Positions 1-11,900 of a stretch of DNA of 64,000 bases are shown piece after piece (the stretch's first letter is position 1; the number at the start of each line of letters is the position of its first letter). The notes under the pieces are model-generated. The model did no database searches, had not been told where the DNA came from, and was given only the letters and a program-made list of their open reading frames with translations. Origin of the DNA: Schizochytrium sp. TIO01 (lineage: Eukaryota; Protista; Bigyra: Labyrinthulomycetes); NCBI GenBank assembly GCA_004764695.1, contig SMSO01000037.1, forward strand, positions 3,572,747-3,636,746, given 5' to 3'. The position numbers and the translations under genes are program-made.

Positions 1-3000
1 GCCAAGGCATCGCTTAGGTGAAAAGAGTGCGGTTGGTTTTTACTATGGTAGTCTTGCTTAATCAGCACTATCAGTAAGAATATCTTCTCCTTTTTTTTTA
101 GGAGGAAAGAAAAAAGTGAGAAAGAAAAGCGAGTGTTGGTAATCATAGAAAGCTGCTTATGGAAAACTATATACAGATTAAAATAACATTATGCTAAGCC
201 AAGCCCAATCTTTCAAATATAATGTTAAAAGTGCCATGCTTTTCTATGGGCCTTCTTTACTGTTCTGGAAGTGTCTGAATAAATGCCCAGCAGCCTGAAA
301 TATGAGTGGTGTGCGTGAAAGGTGCAGCGGTAATGTCGCAACGGCATGAGGAAGTAAATAGCGTTGCCGTCCCGCTACCTCATTCACTAATCAAGCAAGA
401 AAAAGAAAAGTATACTAGTACATGTTGCTGCGAAGCTCATGAATATTCTCTCTTTCCTGCATTTTTTTCTGCGTGCGCTCGCTCATGGATGATATTATTG
501 GTAGCTTGTTCACTTTTTGCTAACACCATGGGCTCGTGCAACGGTCGTTCTTATCGAAAGGAATTTTTTTGAGCGACTAATGTTTCCTCTTACAGGTACG
601 TGCAACATTGTTTCATTTTAAACCAGTGTGAACCCCAGATAGACATCACTTTGCATCTCAATGAGCGATATTCGTTTGTCACTGCTCTATCCAGTAGAGC
701 ACGATCAAGCCTGTTATTTGTTCTTCAATGGTCAAATTTTGCATGTCCCGGCCTCCCACTCGCTAACTCCGAAAGGTTAGCTTAGGAGTTAAAATGCTTC
801 CACCTGATGATTCGCCCAGATAGATATCATTGACTTCAAAGAAGGTTTTCCAGGTCTTGCAAGCGCAAGGATGCTCTCTTTGAAGTGTCGGTAGAGTAGC
901 CAGCTACAAGCTTTTTGAAAGAGAGTGGTCTCCATCTTGTTATGTTAAATCAAGATGGTGCCCCAGAAGAAAATCTGAGCGACTCGATGGTTGCTGGCCT
1001 TGAAAAGTGCGAGCCACCAAAGATGGCTGCCCCACTTTGGAAAAGGTCTCCTCTCTATCCCGCGCAGGCCGTACTCCTATTCGACTTTTGTTACTTTTGG
1101 TCAGAGTCTTCTTTAGATGTTTTATTTTAATTTATTAAAAGCTCAAACATATATGTTTTCAACATAAAAGTTTTTCTAGCATAAAGACTACAATGTTCCT
1201 ACTCACGAAAAAGTTAGTGATTCCTATGTTGGCTGGAATCTTTAGTTTCAAACAGTAGCCCATAAGTATTACTAAAGCACTAAGAGCACTTCATACCTTT
1301 TTCAGGAATAAATTGAAGCACACAGAGATACACTAACCTGACGGAGCTGTTAGAATGATCATATTAATACTTCTACTTCAACATTGCGAGGCGTCGCAAA
1401 TTTAGAGAATGAACTCTAATATGTCTCAATGCAGGCGTTCTAATTTTTACCCGATGCTGCATACTACAATTTTAATATATATACATATATCTAAATTTCT
1501 ATTTTAAAAGTGTAAGTCTTTTTATTTAATTAGAGACATTCTATAAAAAAAGAAGCCTGGCTGGCTGTTGGAGGTCGCTTTAGCAAACGAGCAATAGGCA
1601 AGCTTCCGTGTTGGAAGCTTTTAGTGGCTAAGACAGAGCCGAAACAAAACTGCGAGAAAAGTGTGTATGTCAACGAGCCTGAGTGCTTTTCAACAGCAAC
1701 AAGATCACTTTACCTTGAACCGATATACTTTGTACGGCCGCCCCCTGTCGCTGTTGCTGAGAGTTATCGTACAGACCAATGATGCTAGGAGAAGCACTTT
1801 CCTCGAATTAGCGAGCGTTTTTCACTCAGATCGATTCAATAAAATGAAATAGGCTTCTCTTTGGTTCGGTTCGATAGAGTTTTGGACCAATTCTTACCTT
1901 TACAAACATATGTATTCGCAATGCCAGTGCAATACAATGCTTTTTGTGTGTCTTTTGTTTTTTCCCTTAGACTTTCACCTACCATTCAACTAACCATCAC
2001 TTTTTAAATGTAAACTATTCTCCTCTCTATGTCAAGCGATACTGGTTCTTTTACGATGCATGAATGGTTCAATCGAAATCGCAGGCAGAATAGAGAGGAA
2101 CTTCGTCCCTTCTAAGTTCTTCTCTTCTAAGTTTTATAAAACGCTAGTTCTTTCTTTTTCTTCTTCAATTTTTTAATTTTAAAAAAAAAAAAAAACTATT
2201 TTAAGATTTCGATTTCATTTTAAAGAATGAAAATAATAACTTTTTAGGAATAAAGAGTATGTTTGACTCCAGGCCGTCCCACAGGGCTACAGGATATTAT
2301 TTGTTGTAATAAGGAGAGCCTAGCCAAGATGAAACGCTGATGTATGATGTTGTGCACAAGATAAAGCGCTATGAAAAATTCATTACAAACTGTATTTCTG
2401 ATCGACAGAGTTTCGGGAAATATGAACGATGTCAGGGAGACTTCCATATCAATCTTTCATATACTATTTACTCTCGTATGTACTCCTACTATATGCAGTT
2501 TTGGACATGCAATTGGCGTGATTAATACACTGAAGTAAATGTATCTTTCAGAATGTCTTGATATTTAATCAAGCAGTGCAGAGCGGATCATATAGTTTTC
2601 ATTGGATCACGGTGCAACCAATGAAAATAGAGAATAAATCCTAATGCAAAAAAAGTCGTGTATCAGAGGGTTACACTTCTTTGGAGTAGGCTCGTATTGT
2701 TTTGGACAGTATGCACCATGGATGATGGCAGGTAAAGCTTTGATGGACACTTTCAAGTGAACAGAATCATACAAAAGATTCATTGAATGGCGACTTGTGG
2801 CTTGATTTATCCAATAATCTTAAGTACAGAAAAAATTCACATATGTGCAACATTACAGTGGTTTTTACTCTCGATTTATATCAAGTAGACCTCCACAAAG
2901 TAGAGTTCCCTCACAACGTTGCATGTCTTGGACAAGCTTTGGGACTACAGCTCGAAGTAGACAACAACCTGTAACGCATAGGTCATAGGTCTATTTGCGT

Positions 3001-4786
3001 CTTTCTATGAACTTTAGTACTAAACATAACCGCTGGAAGCATTGCAACACGTTTTTATGTGTTCCAGAGGTTATCTTCAGTCCAACGTTGTATTGGACAA
3101 TAAGTACTTCGATATTGTGAACATGAAATCATAATCTCTAGCTAAGCAACCGGGGCATCTAAATAGCCTATAGTTTCTTTTATTTTATCAGTTGGGTTAA
3201 TCCAATCTCAATAAAGGATTAAACCTATACACATGCCTCCAATTCAACAATTCTAATCAAAAAAACATTATGGCTAATGCCGAAGCACGCCTCATTATAA
3301 TAGTCTTAGCGCTCATAGTATTGGTTTTATGCATGCCGAAAGCCAAATCAATCAGAATAAACTTCTGTACGCTCATCCCAAGTGTAATGCAGGAATCCTG
3401 AAACCACGAATTTTGTACAATTCAAAGATCCTTGATTGAGCTGTCTTTGAAAACCCGTTTGTTGATGGATTTTTTTTATTCGAATAATGCAAACATATTC
3501 CATGGAATTCTCTAATATGTAACGCATTTAGTATGACTTTAATATTCAAAAATTAGACTAATGAAAGTTCAAATTTGACTAGACAGCGTTCACATAACAA
3601 AGATTTACAAATCTGAACTGAAATACTAGCTAAGCGATGGCCTACTTAGTTGGTGCAAACAAATCGTTCACTCAAAATTTCAAGGTCAGAAATATGCACA
3701 AATAAACCTCCATATAGTTAGTATAAAACATTACGTGTGTACAAAGCGTTACATTGCCGAGGGTACCTGAACAAGTCGCATCGTTCCATCTTGTAATCTT
3801 GACGATTCTGCTTCTAAAAATGGTAAGCTTTCATTTAGTATGCTGAAAAGAGTAAGCAAAAACATAATACAGAAGACACAGACGAGGCTATCAAGGAAGT
3901 TATGGTTCTTACATGTACAAAGCATGGATTTTCTATGATTTGCTCCATTTCGGCCGTGGTTTCTGAAGTAAGCGAATACCACCAAACAAGACAAAACATA
4001 TAAGTACTTCAAAGAGTGCAACTAATTAAGTATGAAATTCCCCGAATCTGTTTTGTAGATCGTATGTGATCTAACACAAACCACAAACCGACTTTAGTGC
4101 ATACAATGTCGCCTAAGTCAGGTAAATTTAAGCGAAATATGAACTGCTGAAGATGCTAAAATGAATCGAATAACATTATAGCTTGAAATTTAAATTTTCT
4201 TAAATAAATAAGTAAACAAAATCTAGAATGAGCAAACATCCTCGAGCGAAAATTTCACCTGAAGCGGACTCTTAATAAGAAACTTTAATCAAAACCTTTT
4301 CTCCCTCAAGGTAGTTCAAGTCCTACAATTCTTAATTGCTTGGCTTCAGGTTTCTTTAGACAAAAAACGACTGTGGCATCTTTTGCAAAAAGATGCAAGA
4401 ATTAAGGATTGATAGTACTCGCGTTGCCGGTTGAGCTTTGACTTTTCAGCATGTCCTACATGCTAAAATTAAATGGAGAACTAAATTAAGATCCCATTTT
4501 CTGGGGAGACCGCACGAAACATTAAGGAAGCATTTCAAAAGTAGACTCTTTTGGTATGCCAATCGTTGGCGACACAAAAGAGAAACAAAACTAAAAAAAT
4601 CTAGCAAATAGAACTTCAAGGGGAGACTGAACTAATGATAAGAACAAGTAAATATTGAACAAACAAAAAAACCATCTGCAAATAATTTCAATTACAGATT
4701 TAGTAAAAGTGTATGGTAAACGAGTGGGTTGATGACTTGGAACAACGAGACGTCGAGAAGGGCTCTTACAAAGAGTTAGTATTGGA

Positions 4787-7700
4787 TTAAGCAGAGCCAG
4801 AGCTGGGGCAAATGCTAGCATCCTGGGAGAATCTGTACGACACAGAGTAGCCCTGGGCAGACATGCATGAGAATGCAAGCGTGCAGCCATTGTTAGCTTG
4901 CTGGTCACACTGACGGAAGCGAATGTTGTTGGTGAAGAGGTTAGGGTGATCATCGTAGTCAACCGTGACAATACCATTGCAAGGCATTTCAAGGGCAGGA
5001 ATGAAGAACTCCTCCACCCAAGAATCGGAAGATTCAACATAGTACTCGACGAAGATACCTTCAGTGCAAGTATCCTGAGAAGCTTCATACGTGGGGTTTG
5101 ATGAGCAAGTGTTCTCGGTATCACGAGCACCAGTGCCATATGTCTCAACAAGGTTGACAATACCAAAGGTCTCCTCGTAAATTTCAGCTGTGCACTGGTT
5201 CAGCCAGCGTTGAAGAGCAAGGGTTCCACGGTTGCTGCTAATAGCTGTGCAGTATTGAGTAGCCCAGCGCTCGCCAATGACCTGGTAGTTGCTGCTCTTG
5301 CCAACAATTGCCGAGTAGCAAGCAGATGCAGGGTCACTAGCGGTGTTGAAGACGTTAGCAGTCTGGCACCATTCTTCGACAGCAGACTTGATCTGAGCAG
5401 TAGTGGTAGCAGTAGCAACAAGAGCCTTCGCAAGCGTAAGACCAGTGCTCCATTGTTGCCAAGTGCACTCGTTGAAGACACTACCAGCCGATGTATCAGT
5501 CGGGGTAGCAGATTGGTAGTCAACAACGTTGGTGGGGCAGTATCCAGTTGACTCGGTAGAGTTCGCGCGGTCGGTGTCAATATCAATGATGTGGTCAATG
5601 TTCATACGGTAGCCAGTCATGCCTGCAACAGAGCCACCCTGAGCAATCATCTTGAGGCAGGTAATCTGGATGTAGATAGACTCATCGTAATTGAACGACC
5701 AAGTACGCTCAGCACCACGTGCTGTGCTACGAACATCAGAGCTATCATAGGTAATGTTCTCAAAAACGTTGGAAACATCCTTGTCCCAGCCAGAGCCGGC
5801 AGCACCGAAGCAATCAGAGGAGATCAAAGTGTAAGTTTCACCACCAACAACAATTGGGACCTCCGTGATAACAGCACGCTCACCAAGGACGGCGGAGATA
5901 GAGAGATCTCCACCAGGGATAGTGTAAACCTCCATAACAGCTTCACCAGAATCAGGGTTAGCCTGGCAGGGAGAACCAATAGCACCGATGTTAGACTGAT
6001 CAGTGAGAAGTCCAGCACGAGTTGAGTTGTAGTAGCAGGCATTACCGTCATGGTCGAGTTCCTGGACACACTGGTCCTCCTCGATGGGGCAAGTTGAACC
6101 ATCGTTGGGGATGACACGACCATCACAGATAATCCAGGCACTGATGTCAAGAGTAAGACCCAACGCCTGGAACGAAGTCATCTCGGGATCACCATAGATA
6201 GCACAGTCGCGGCAGCAAGAAATCGGAGAGTCCTCGGGGTTGTTGAAGGTAATGTTAATTTCGAGTTGGGCGCTGCCGCCAGAAAGCTGGGAGCAGTACT
6301 CGTTCTCTGTGGCGTTCGAGGTATCACAGTACGGGCGAACGGTCTCTTGGCTACGGCAGTATCCATACTCCGTGAGGGGAGGGAAGGTCTCGTCACCCTC
6401 AGGGGTACAGCAGGTCTCACACTCACCAATCTCGTGGTACTCAGTGGTCGAGGTGACGCAAATCTGAGGGTTCTGGCCCTCAGTGAACTGCTGGCACTCG
6501 TAGCAAGTGTTACCTTCAGTGTTTTGAGGAGTGACAGTTGGCGCGAGAGAGGGTCCAGCAGGGGATTCAGTGGGAGCAGCAGTCGGTGCCTCGGTAGGGG
6601 TCTCAGTGGGAGCAGCAGTAGGTGCCTCGGTAGGGGTCTCAGTGGGAGCAGCAGTCGGTGCCTCAGTGGGAGCAGCAGTTGGTGCCTCAGTGGGAGCAGC
6701 AGTTGGTGCCTCAGTGGGAGCAGCAGTCGGTGCCTCAGTGGGAGCAGCAGTTGGTGCCTCAGTGGGAGCAGCAGTTGGTGCCTCAGTGGGAGCAGCAGTC
6801 GGTGCCTCAGTGGGAGCAGCAGTCGGTGCCTCAGTGGGAGCAGCAGTCGGTGCCTCGGTAGGAGCAGCGGTCGGTGCTTCGGTAGGGGCCTCAGTGGGAG
6901 CAGCAGTCGGGGCCTCAGTAGGTGCCTCGGTAGGGGTCTCAGTGGGAGCAGCAGTCGGTGCCTCGGTAGGGGCCTCAGTGGGAGCAGCAGTCGGTGCCTC
7001 GGTAGGGGCCTCAGTGGGAGCAGCAGTCGGTGCCTCGGTAGGGGCCTCAGTGGGAGCAGCAGTCGGTGCCTCGGTAGGGGCCTCAGTGGGAGCAGCAGTC
7101 GGTGCCTCAGTTGGTGTCAAGGTGGGAGCAGCAGTTGGGCTCTCAGTAGGTGCGTTGGTGGGCTCGGGCGTAGGGCAAAAGTCCATGTTGTAGTTCACGG
7201 TAATCTCAAAACCATTTGTGGGAAGGCAAGAGTTTACAGTGGAGCATTGAGACTGAATGGACTCGCACTGCACGAAACGAATGGGACGAGTCACAACGTT
7301 GGGGTAATCAGCACCACTAATGTTGAGAATGTCATTACAGGGAGGGTACTCAACAGGGATGAAGAACTCGTCCTCATACTCGTTAGTGTCAGGGTTCAAG
7401 GACTGGACCTGGACACCAACTGCACACTCGTAAGACTTGGAGGTGTTGTACTCAGCAACGTTAGAAATGCACTCAGTCGGGGCAGAGGTCGGGGCAGTCA
7501 CGGTGTAGGTGGGGCGATCAGTTACATACTGAAACCACGTGAAATCCTCAATGTCAGAAATGCACTGGTTGTATCCAGTTTCATCGTAACCAGATTGGTC
7601 AGAGTTCATGTTGTCAATCTGGCAAACAATGTCAGCCCAATTGTAGCTGGTCTCAGTGCAGTTCTCCTCATCAATAATACGGGCGACACAAGCATCGACA

Positions 7701-8956
7701 GAATCAATGGACGGGGTTACTCCAGTAAGATCGTTCATCTCGCACCAATAGCGGACGTTGGATTCAAGGTTGTCTTCAAGGCAGGTAGCATCAACAAGGG
7801 CCTTGCAAGCCTCAATGCAGCCGCCAACCTCGCTACGCAGGCACATGTCATCCTGTTCAATAGAGAGGGTACCAGTGCCGGCAGAATCTTCGGAGATGGT
7901 ACCAGTGCTGCAAAATCCCTCGCTGGAAGGAACATCAGAGTCACCAGAGGTGGGAATCTTCAGGTTGATGTCAAGGCGAGAACGGTAATCAGAAGTTTCC
8001 TGGCAGAGAACCGATGTGAACACAGTGGCAGCATCGTTTTGAATTGACCAACGAACACGAGAGTCAGACTCAACATTCACAGACCAGGTGTCAGGGATGG
8101 AAGACACGGAGCTAGTCCAGGCAGAAGAGGTGGTGTCGGATAGACAGTCAGAGGAGCTCAAGGAATAGGTGCCGCTGGTGTCAGTGACAGTCATGGCGGA
8201 GATGATACCACGCTCACCAAGGGTCAACGTGATAGTCTGGCCTTCGCCTTCATACATAACCATGGTGGGGAAGTTCGTACCCTCCCAAATCGCGGTAGAC
8301 TGGCAAGGGCTACCGCTCTCATCCCAGCTAATCCAGTACGGCGCATCGCCACCACCATTAACCTTGCGGGTATTACGAACATACTCACATTGGTTACCCC
8401 AAGGATCGGTCTGCTGCTGGCAGCGGACCGGGCCATGAAGGCAGTTGCTAGCACGACGATCGTCACACACAATCCAGTTTGCACGAGAGCCGTCAAAAGA
8501 AGTACAGCGGGGATCGCCCCAGCAGACACAGGTGGAGCAGCAGAGCTCCTCAGAGGTCACAGTCTGGTAGGCAAAAGCGAAGTTGATGTCGAGGTTGGCG
8601 TTATCAGGGTTGCAGCCGCTAGTGCTGTTCTCAGAAATATCACAGTAGGCATTTGTGATCTCAATGGAACGGCAGGTATCAGCATCCTGAAGGGAACGAG
8701 ATGTGGAAAGCGCTTTGCTACTCTCAATACCGAACAGACGACGAGAGTCAGAATCCGCGACAAGGTTCGGGCAGCAAGAGCCAAAGCTTGTAGGACCAAC
8801 AGAGTCGGCAGAGGCCGAAAGCGGGGCAGCCGAGTCAGTACAGGCGAGGTTCTCAAGAGCGTATGACTGAGTCGTTGATGTGCAGCCATCACTCTGGGCA
8901 AGGGCCTTCGAGCTTGTTGCCAGAAGCACGATGGCAACGGAGGTAGCAAACTTCAT
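4787..8956 (-). CDS. Secreted Cys-rich glycoprotein, 1389 aa: signal peptide, VWD-like module 1, PTEA/PTAA mucin-like linker, VWD-like module 2
   Basis: Long single-exon ORF with strong codon bias and a signal peptide (MKFATSVAIVLLATSSKALA). Two VWD-type starts: CVCWGDPRCTSFDG and CAIYGDPEMTSF. The two halves are visibly homologous (WIVCD/WIICD, GSPCQ, LGERGII/LGERAVI, EFFIP, IRFVQC/IRFRQC). No transmembrane segment. Confidence 0.9.
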   Translation of the reverse strand: MKFATSVAIVLLATSSKALAQSDGCTSTTQSYALENLACTDSAAPLSASADSVGPTSFGSCCPNLVADSDSRRLFGIESSKALSTSRSLQDADTCRSIEITNAYCDISENSTSGCNPDNANLDINFAFAYQTVTSEELCCSTCVCWGDPRCTSFDGSRANWIVCDDRRASNCLHGPVRCQQQTDPWGNQCEYVRNTRKVNGGGDAPYWISWDESGSPCQSTAIWEGTNFPTMVMYEGEGQTITLTLGERGIISAMTVTDTSGTYSLSSSDCLSDTTSSAWTSSVSSIPDTWSVNVESDSRVRWSIQNDAATVFTSVLCQETSDYRSRLDINLKIPTSGDSDVPSSEGFCSTGTISEDSAGTGTLSIEQDDMCLRSEVGGCIEACKALVDATCLEDNLESNVRYWCEMNDLTGVTPSIDSVDACVARIIDEENCTETSYNWADIVCQIDNMNSDQSGYDETGYNQCISDIEDFTWFQYVTDRPTYTVTAPTSAPTECISNVAEYNTSKSYECAVGVQVQSLNPDTNEYEDEFFIPVEYPPCNDILNISGADYPNVVTRPIRFVQCESIQSQCSTVNSCLPTNGFEITVNYNMDFCPTPEPTNAPTESPTAAPTLTPTEAPTAAPTEAPTEAPTAAPTEAPTEAPTAAPTEAPTEAPTAAPTEAPTEAPTAAPTETPTEAPTEAPTAAPTEAPTEAPTAAPTEAPTAAPTEAPTAAPTEAPTAAPTEAPTAAPTEAPTAAPTEAPTAAPTEAPTAAPTEAPTAAPTEAPTAAPTETPTEAPTAAPTETPTEAPTAAPTESPAGPSLAPTVTPQNTEGNTCYECQQFTEGQNPQICVTSTTEYHEIGECETCCTPEGDETFPPLTEYGYCRSQETVRPYCDTSNATENEYCSQLSGGSAQLEINITFNNPEDSPISCCRDCAIYGDPEMTSFQALGLTLDISAWIICDGRVIPNDGSTCPIEEDQCVQELDHDGNACYYNSTRAGLLTDQSNIGAIGSPCQANPDSGEAVMEVYTIPGGDLSISAVLGERAVITEVPIVVGGETYTLISSDCFGAAGSGWDKDVSNVFENITYDSSDVRSTARGAERTWSFNYDESIYIQITCLKMIAQGGSVAGMTGYRMNIDHIIDIDTDRANSTESTGYCPTNVVDYQSATPTDTSAGSVFNECTWQQWSTGLTLAKALVATATTTAQIKSAVEEWCQTANVFNTASDPASACYSAIVGKSSNYQVIGERWATQYCTAISSNRGTLALQRWLNQCTAEIYEETFGIVNLVETYGTGARDTENTCSSNPTYEASQDTCTEGIFVEYYVESSDSWVEEFFIPALEMPCNGIVTVDYDDHPNLFTNNIRFRQCDQQANNGCTLAFSCMSAQGYSVSYRFSQDASICPSSGSA
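6560..7170 (-). repeat. Coding 12-bp-unit tandem array encoding (PTEA/PTAA)n
   Basis: Repeating + strand units such as tcagtgggagca / gcagtcggtgcc / tcggtaggggcc across ~600 bp. Confidence 0.95.
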
Positions 8957-11900
8957 GATTCCTCTCCGTGATAATTACAGTTCACGGAAAGTTGAACTTC
9001 ACGAGTGAACTGGGCTGCTGCACTGAAAAGCAGCACCGAAAGCTGTGTTGCATCACATGAATATAACCATAAAGAGTTAGTTTTCGCCTGCACGTTGTTA
9101 TCACATAATACCCTCACGGCTATGAAGCGATGATCTCAGTTGGTTGCTCCTTCTACTGAGTCGTGAGCATTTGAATGTAAACCCCTCGGATCCAGAACAA
9201 TAATCAACAGTTCATCAGGCGACAAAGCATGCACCGCCCGCAAAGACTGCAACCCTGCCTTTTCGTCATTTAGGGCTGATCCAATATGGAGGGTAGCTTG
9301 GTATCTCATTCATTGATACATCTGTACGTACAATCGACCCGTGATTGGGATTTGCTTTCGCAATGGAGGCCCTTGCAAGCCATCGCGCCTAAAAACCATT
9401 TCCCATGAACATATTTCCATGTTCTCTAATATGGCTCAGAATGAATAAATGCATCAGTGAATGAGCGTGGTTCGATAGAACAGAGGCCGTCTTTTCAGTT
9501 CATAAATTTTCTCGTTCTAATAGTTATCATTTTTCTTTTCCCAGGTTTTACACCCATTTAAAAAAAAAACACTAACAACTTTTTAAAAGGTGAATTTAAC
9601 TTGGCGAGTCGATGTATTTTTCTTTTCCACAGTTTTTTCAACGCAATGAACTTGAAGCAATCATGTGACACTTCTTTAGTTAATATAAGTCTTTTCTAGA
9701 TTTTCATTTAGCTCAAAAGGAAACCAGGGAGAAGAAAAAGACGAAACTCGACTGAAAAGTGCGCGTGTCAGCATCTTACTCTGCACTCGGACTTTGATTA
9801 TAGTTGCAGTGGTAGAAGAAGTAGAATTAGAAGTAGCCCTGAGCCAATCAATAGATGCTGGAACCTCAATGCAATGGCGGAGCTCAAAGTGGCTTGATGA
9901 TCGTAAAAACATAACTTTTAATCCTCTGCTAAATGTTGCGTAAAGAACTATAAATAAATATAGTGAATCCTGACTGATTACTATTCCAGCTGCTCTGGCT
10001 CGAAAGTATTTTTTTGATGAGTGAGGAGAAATGAATGCCCCCAGCAGCAAGAGGCGCGTGCAGCTTGATTGTGAGGGCGAAACTTGCAGGAAATAATTAT
10101 TTCAAAATTCTTTCACTTTTAATTTTCACTCTTTTCGCCTCTCTTATTTTTTTAATCCTCAAAGGTAAGTTCACAAAAAATCTCCGTGACTAGCACTGAG
10201 ATTTGCTTCAGTATACATGAAATTATTTATTTTAATGTTTGAGTGAAGAAGTCTCACTTCACTTTTCTTTTACTACCTATAATTATTAAAAAAAAAAAAA
10301 AAAAAAAAAAAACGTAACTTGCTCACATCATTTCTCCCCCGCAGCACCACCTTAAGGAAATCCGGGAGTCATTCTCCTTGCCATGGAGAATCCCGCTACC
10401 ACCCATTCTAAGTTTCACACTAGTTCCGTGAGAACCTTGGAAACTTCTGCAGCATGATACGTTCTGTTGTTATATGTTCCGCGACTGTCATCAGAGGCAT
10501 CATTATAGTGGTCAAAGAGCAAATCATGTGGGAGAAAATGATGCATTTGCTTGAAAACAGCGAAATGCCGCCATCTTGGATCAAGTTTTCACTACTAGTA
10601 GTGTATGATTTATCATAGTATTTATTCAACAAAGTATAGTATCGAGCGAAAATAACAATATTGCACGCTCCGCGTGACGCTGAGTTCAAAATGTGCCTTG
10701 CCTCTAAGAGCGCCAAGCTACTGGTGAACACATGAACGCAATGCTTCAAAGCTTCGAGTGCGCAACATGTCCGTACAGAGGTATACCAGTCCAAACTATG
10801 TACATCACCATCATCCGTAATAGCTTTAGTCTTTATTCCAAGGTCTTTTATGGCAGAACATCTATCTCGGAGATTGTTGAGACACCATCCTCCGAGGCCG
10901 AAGCTCTGCTGTGCTAACCTTTCTTCCAGTGCACCTAAGGAAACCAGAACTCTGTAGGCGAAGTATTAAATGAAAGCGAAAAGTGTTTTCTTATTATACT
11001 GATGAATTATATAGTAGTAGTGCTATTATTAGAATTGACGCTATTAATATTTCTTCTAGTAGGCACTGCTGGCTTGTGTGATGAATGAACAATGATTGCA
11101 CTTTGACACACTGTTTACAGCACAAACGCTTTTGACAACACAGAAATCCAGAATGTATTTTTGAATTGATTGCTTGGTGTCCTTCTCTTCTTAGAGTAGT
11201 TTAAAGTAGATAGGCTAAGCCTCGGACGTGCATAAGTGACCAGCAGGTCTGAATCAAGACCCTTTCTCACATGGGCGTGTCCAATCCAATGAAGCGTGAA
11301 CCGTGACGTGCCCCTCGCCCAACCATTCAGCAAAATTGCATCGAGTCAAATATGAAAACTAAGTGCTACATCAAATCCTGCGCCTACGTAAATTGAAGTA
11401 TAGTACAATCTAGTACTTACCTATTTAACTACCTATGGAAGCTTACCTTAAGAATAGCTTTTCAAGTATGCCTGAAAGTTTGGAAATTGTAGTGCTTTTC
11501 GTTTAGTGTCTAATGTTTATTGTCTTTTTATAACTACGCATATGCTATTCTTAATTAAAATAACATGATAAATACTAATGTTTTTGTGAAGGAAAACCTT
11601 GCATGCATTAAATTTATGAGAAATAACCAACGCTTCTGGCTGTATCAACTACTTTAAGACTGAGGACGTTTGATAGCTATAGAGTATAGTGAGGTGTGTA
11701 TTTTGAAAATGTAAAACAAGTTGATAAGCGGCCCCATGATTGCTGATTGCATTCTTCAAAGCATAGTCTTGAACGTTCTTATCTTTGAGAACTAATGAAA
11801 CCTTATAGTGCTAAGACGAAAACCTCCCAAGCTAGCTCTCATCTTGTCATAGTTACGTTTTTATAACAATACTAAAAGGTAATCCGTCCTTACTTCTAGA

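Noticed and set aside
2280-2980. Coding-like fragments including an ankyrin-like LDHGA and a 10-bp hairpin at 2596-2627
   Set aside because: Too short and interrupted to assign; could be chance.
6560-7170. Regular repeat array resembling CRISPR
   Set aside because: No unique spacers, in-frame coding repeat, eukaryotic context, and no cas genes.
6266-8047. 593-aa and 220-aa + strand ORFs, and other ORFs overlapping the mucin-like gene
   Set aside because: Antisense or alternative-frame shadows caused by codon bias and the 12-bp repeat.
10363-10424. Hairpin followed by CTAA/CTAG, like a Helitron 3' end
   Set aside because: Single short hairpin, imperfect spacing, and no other Helitron evidence.
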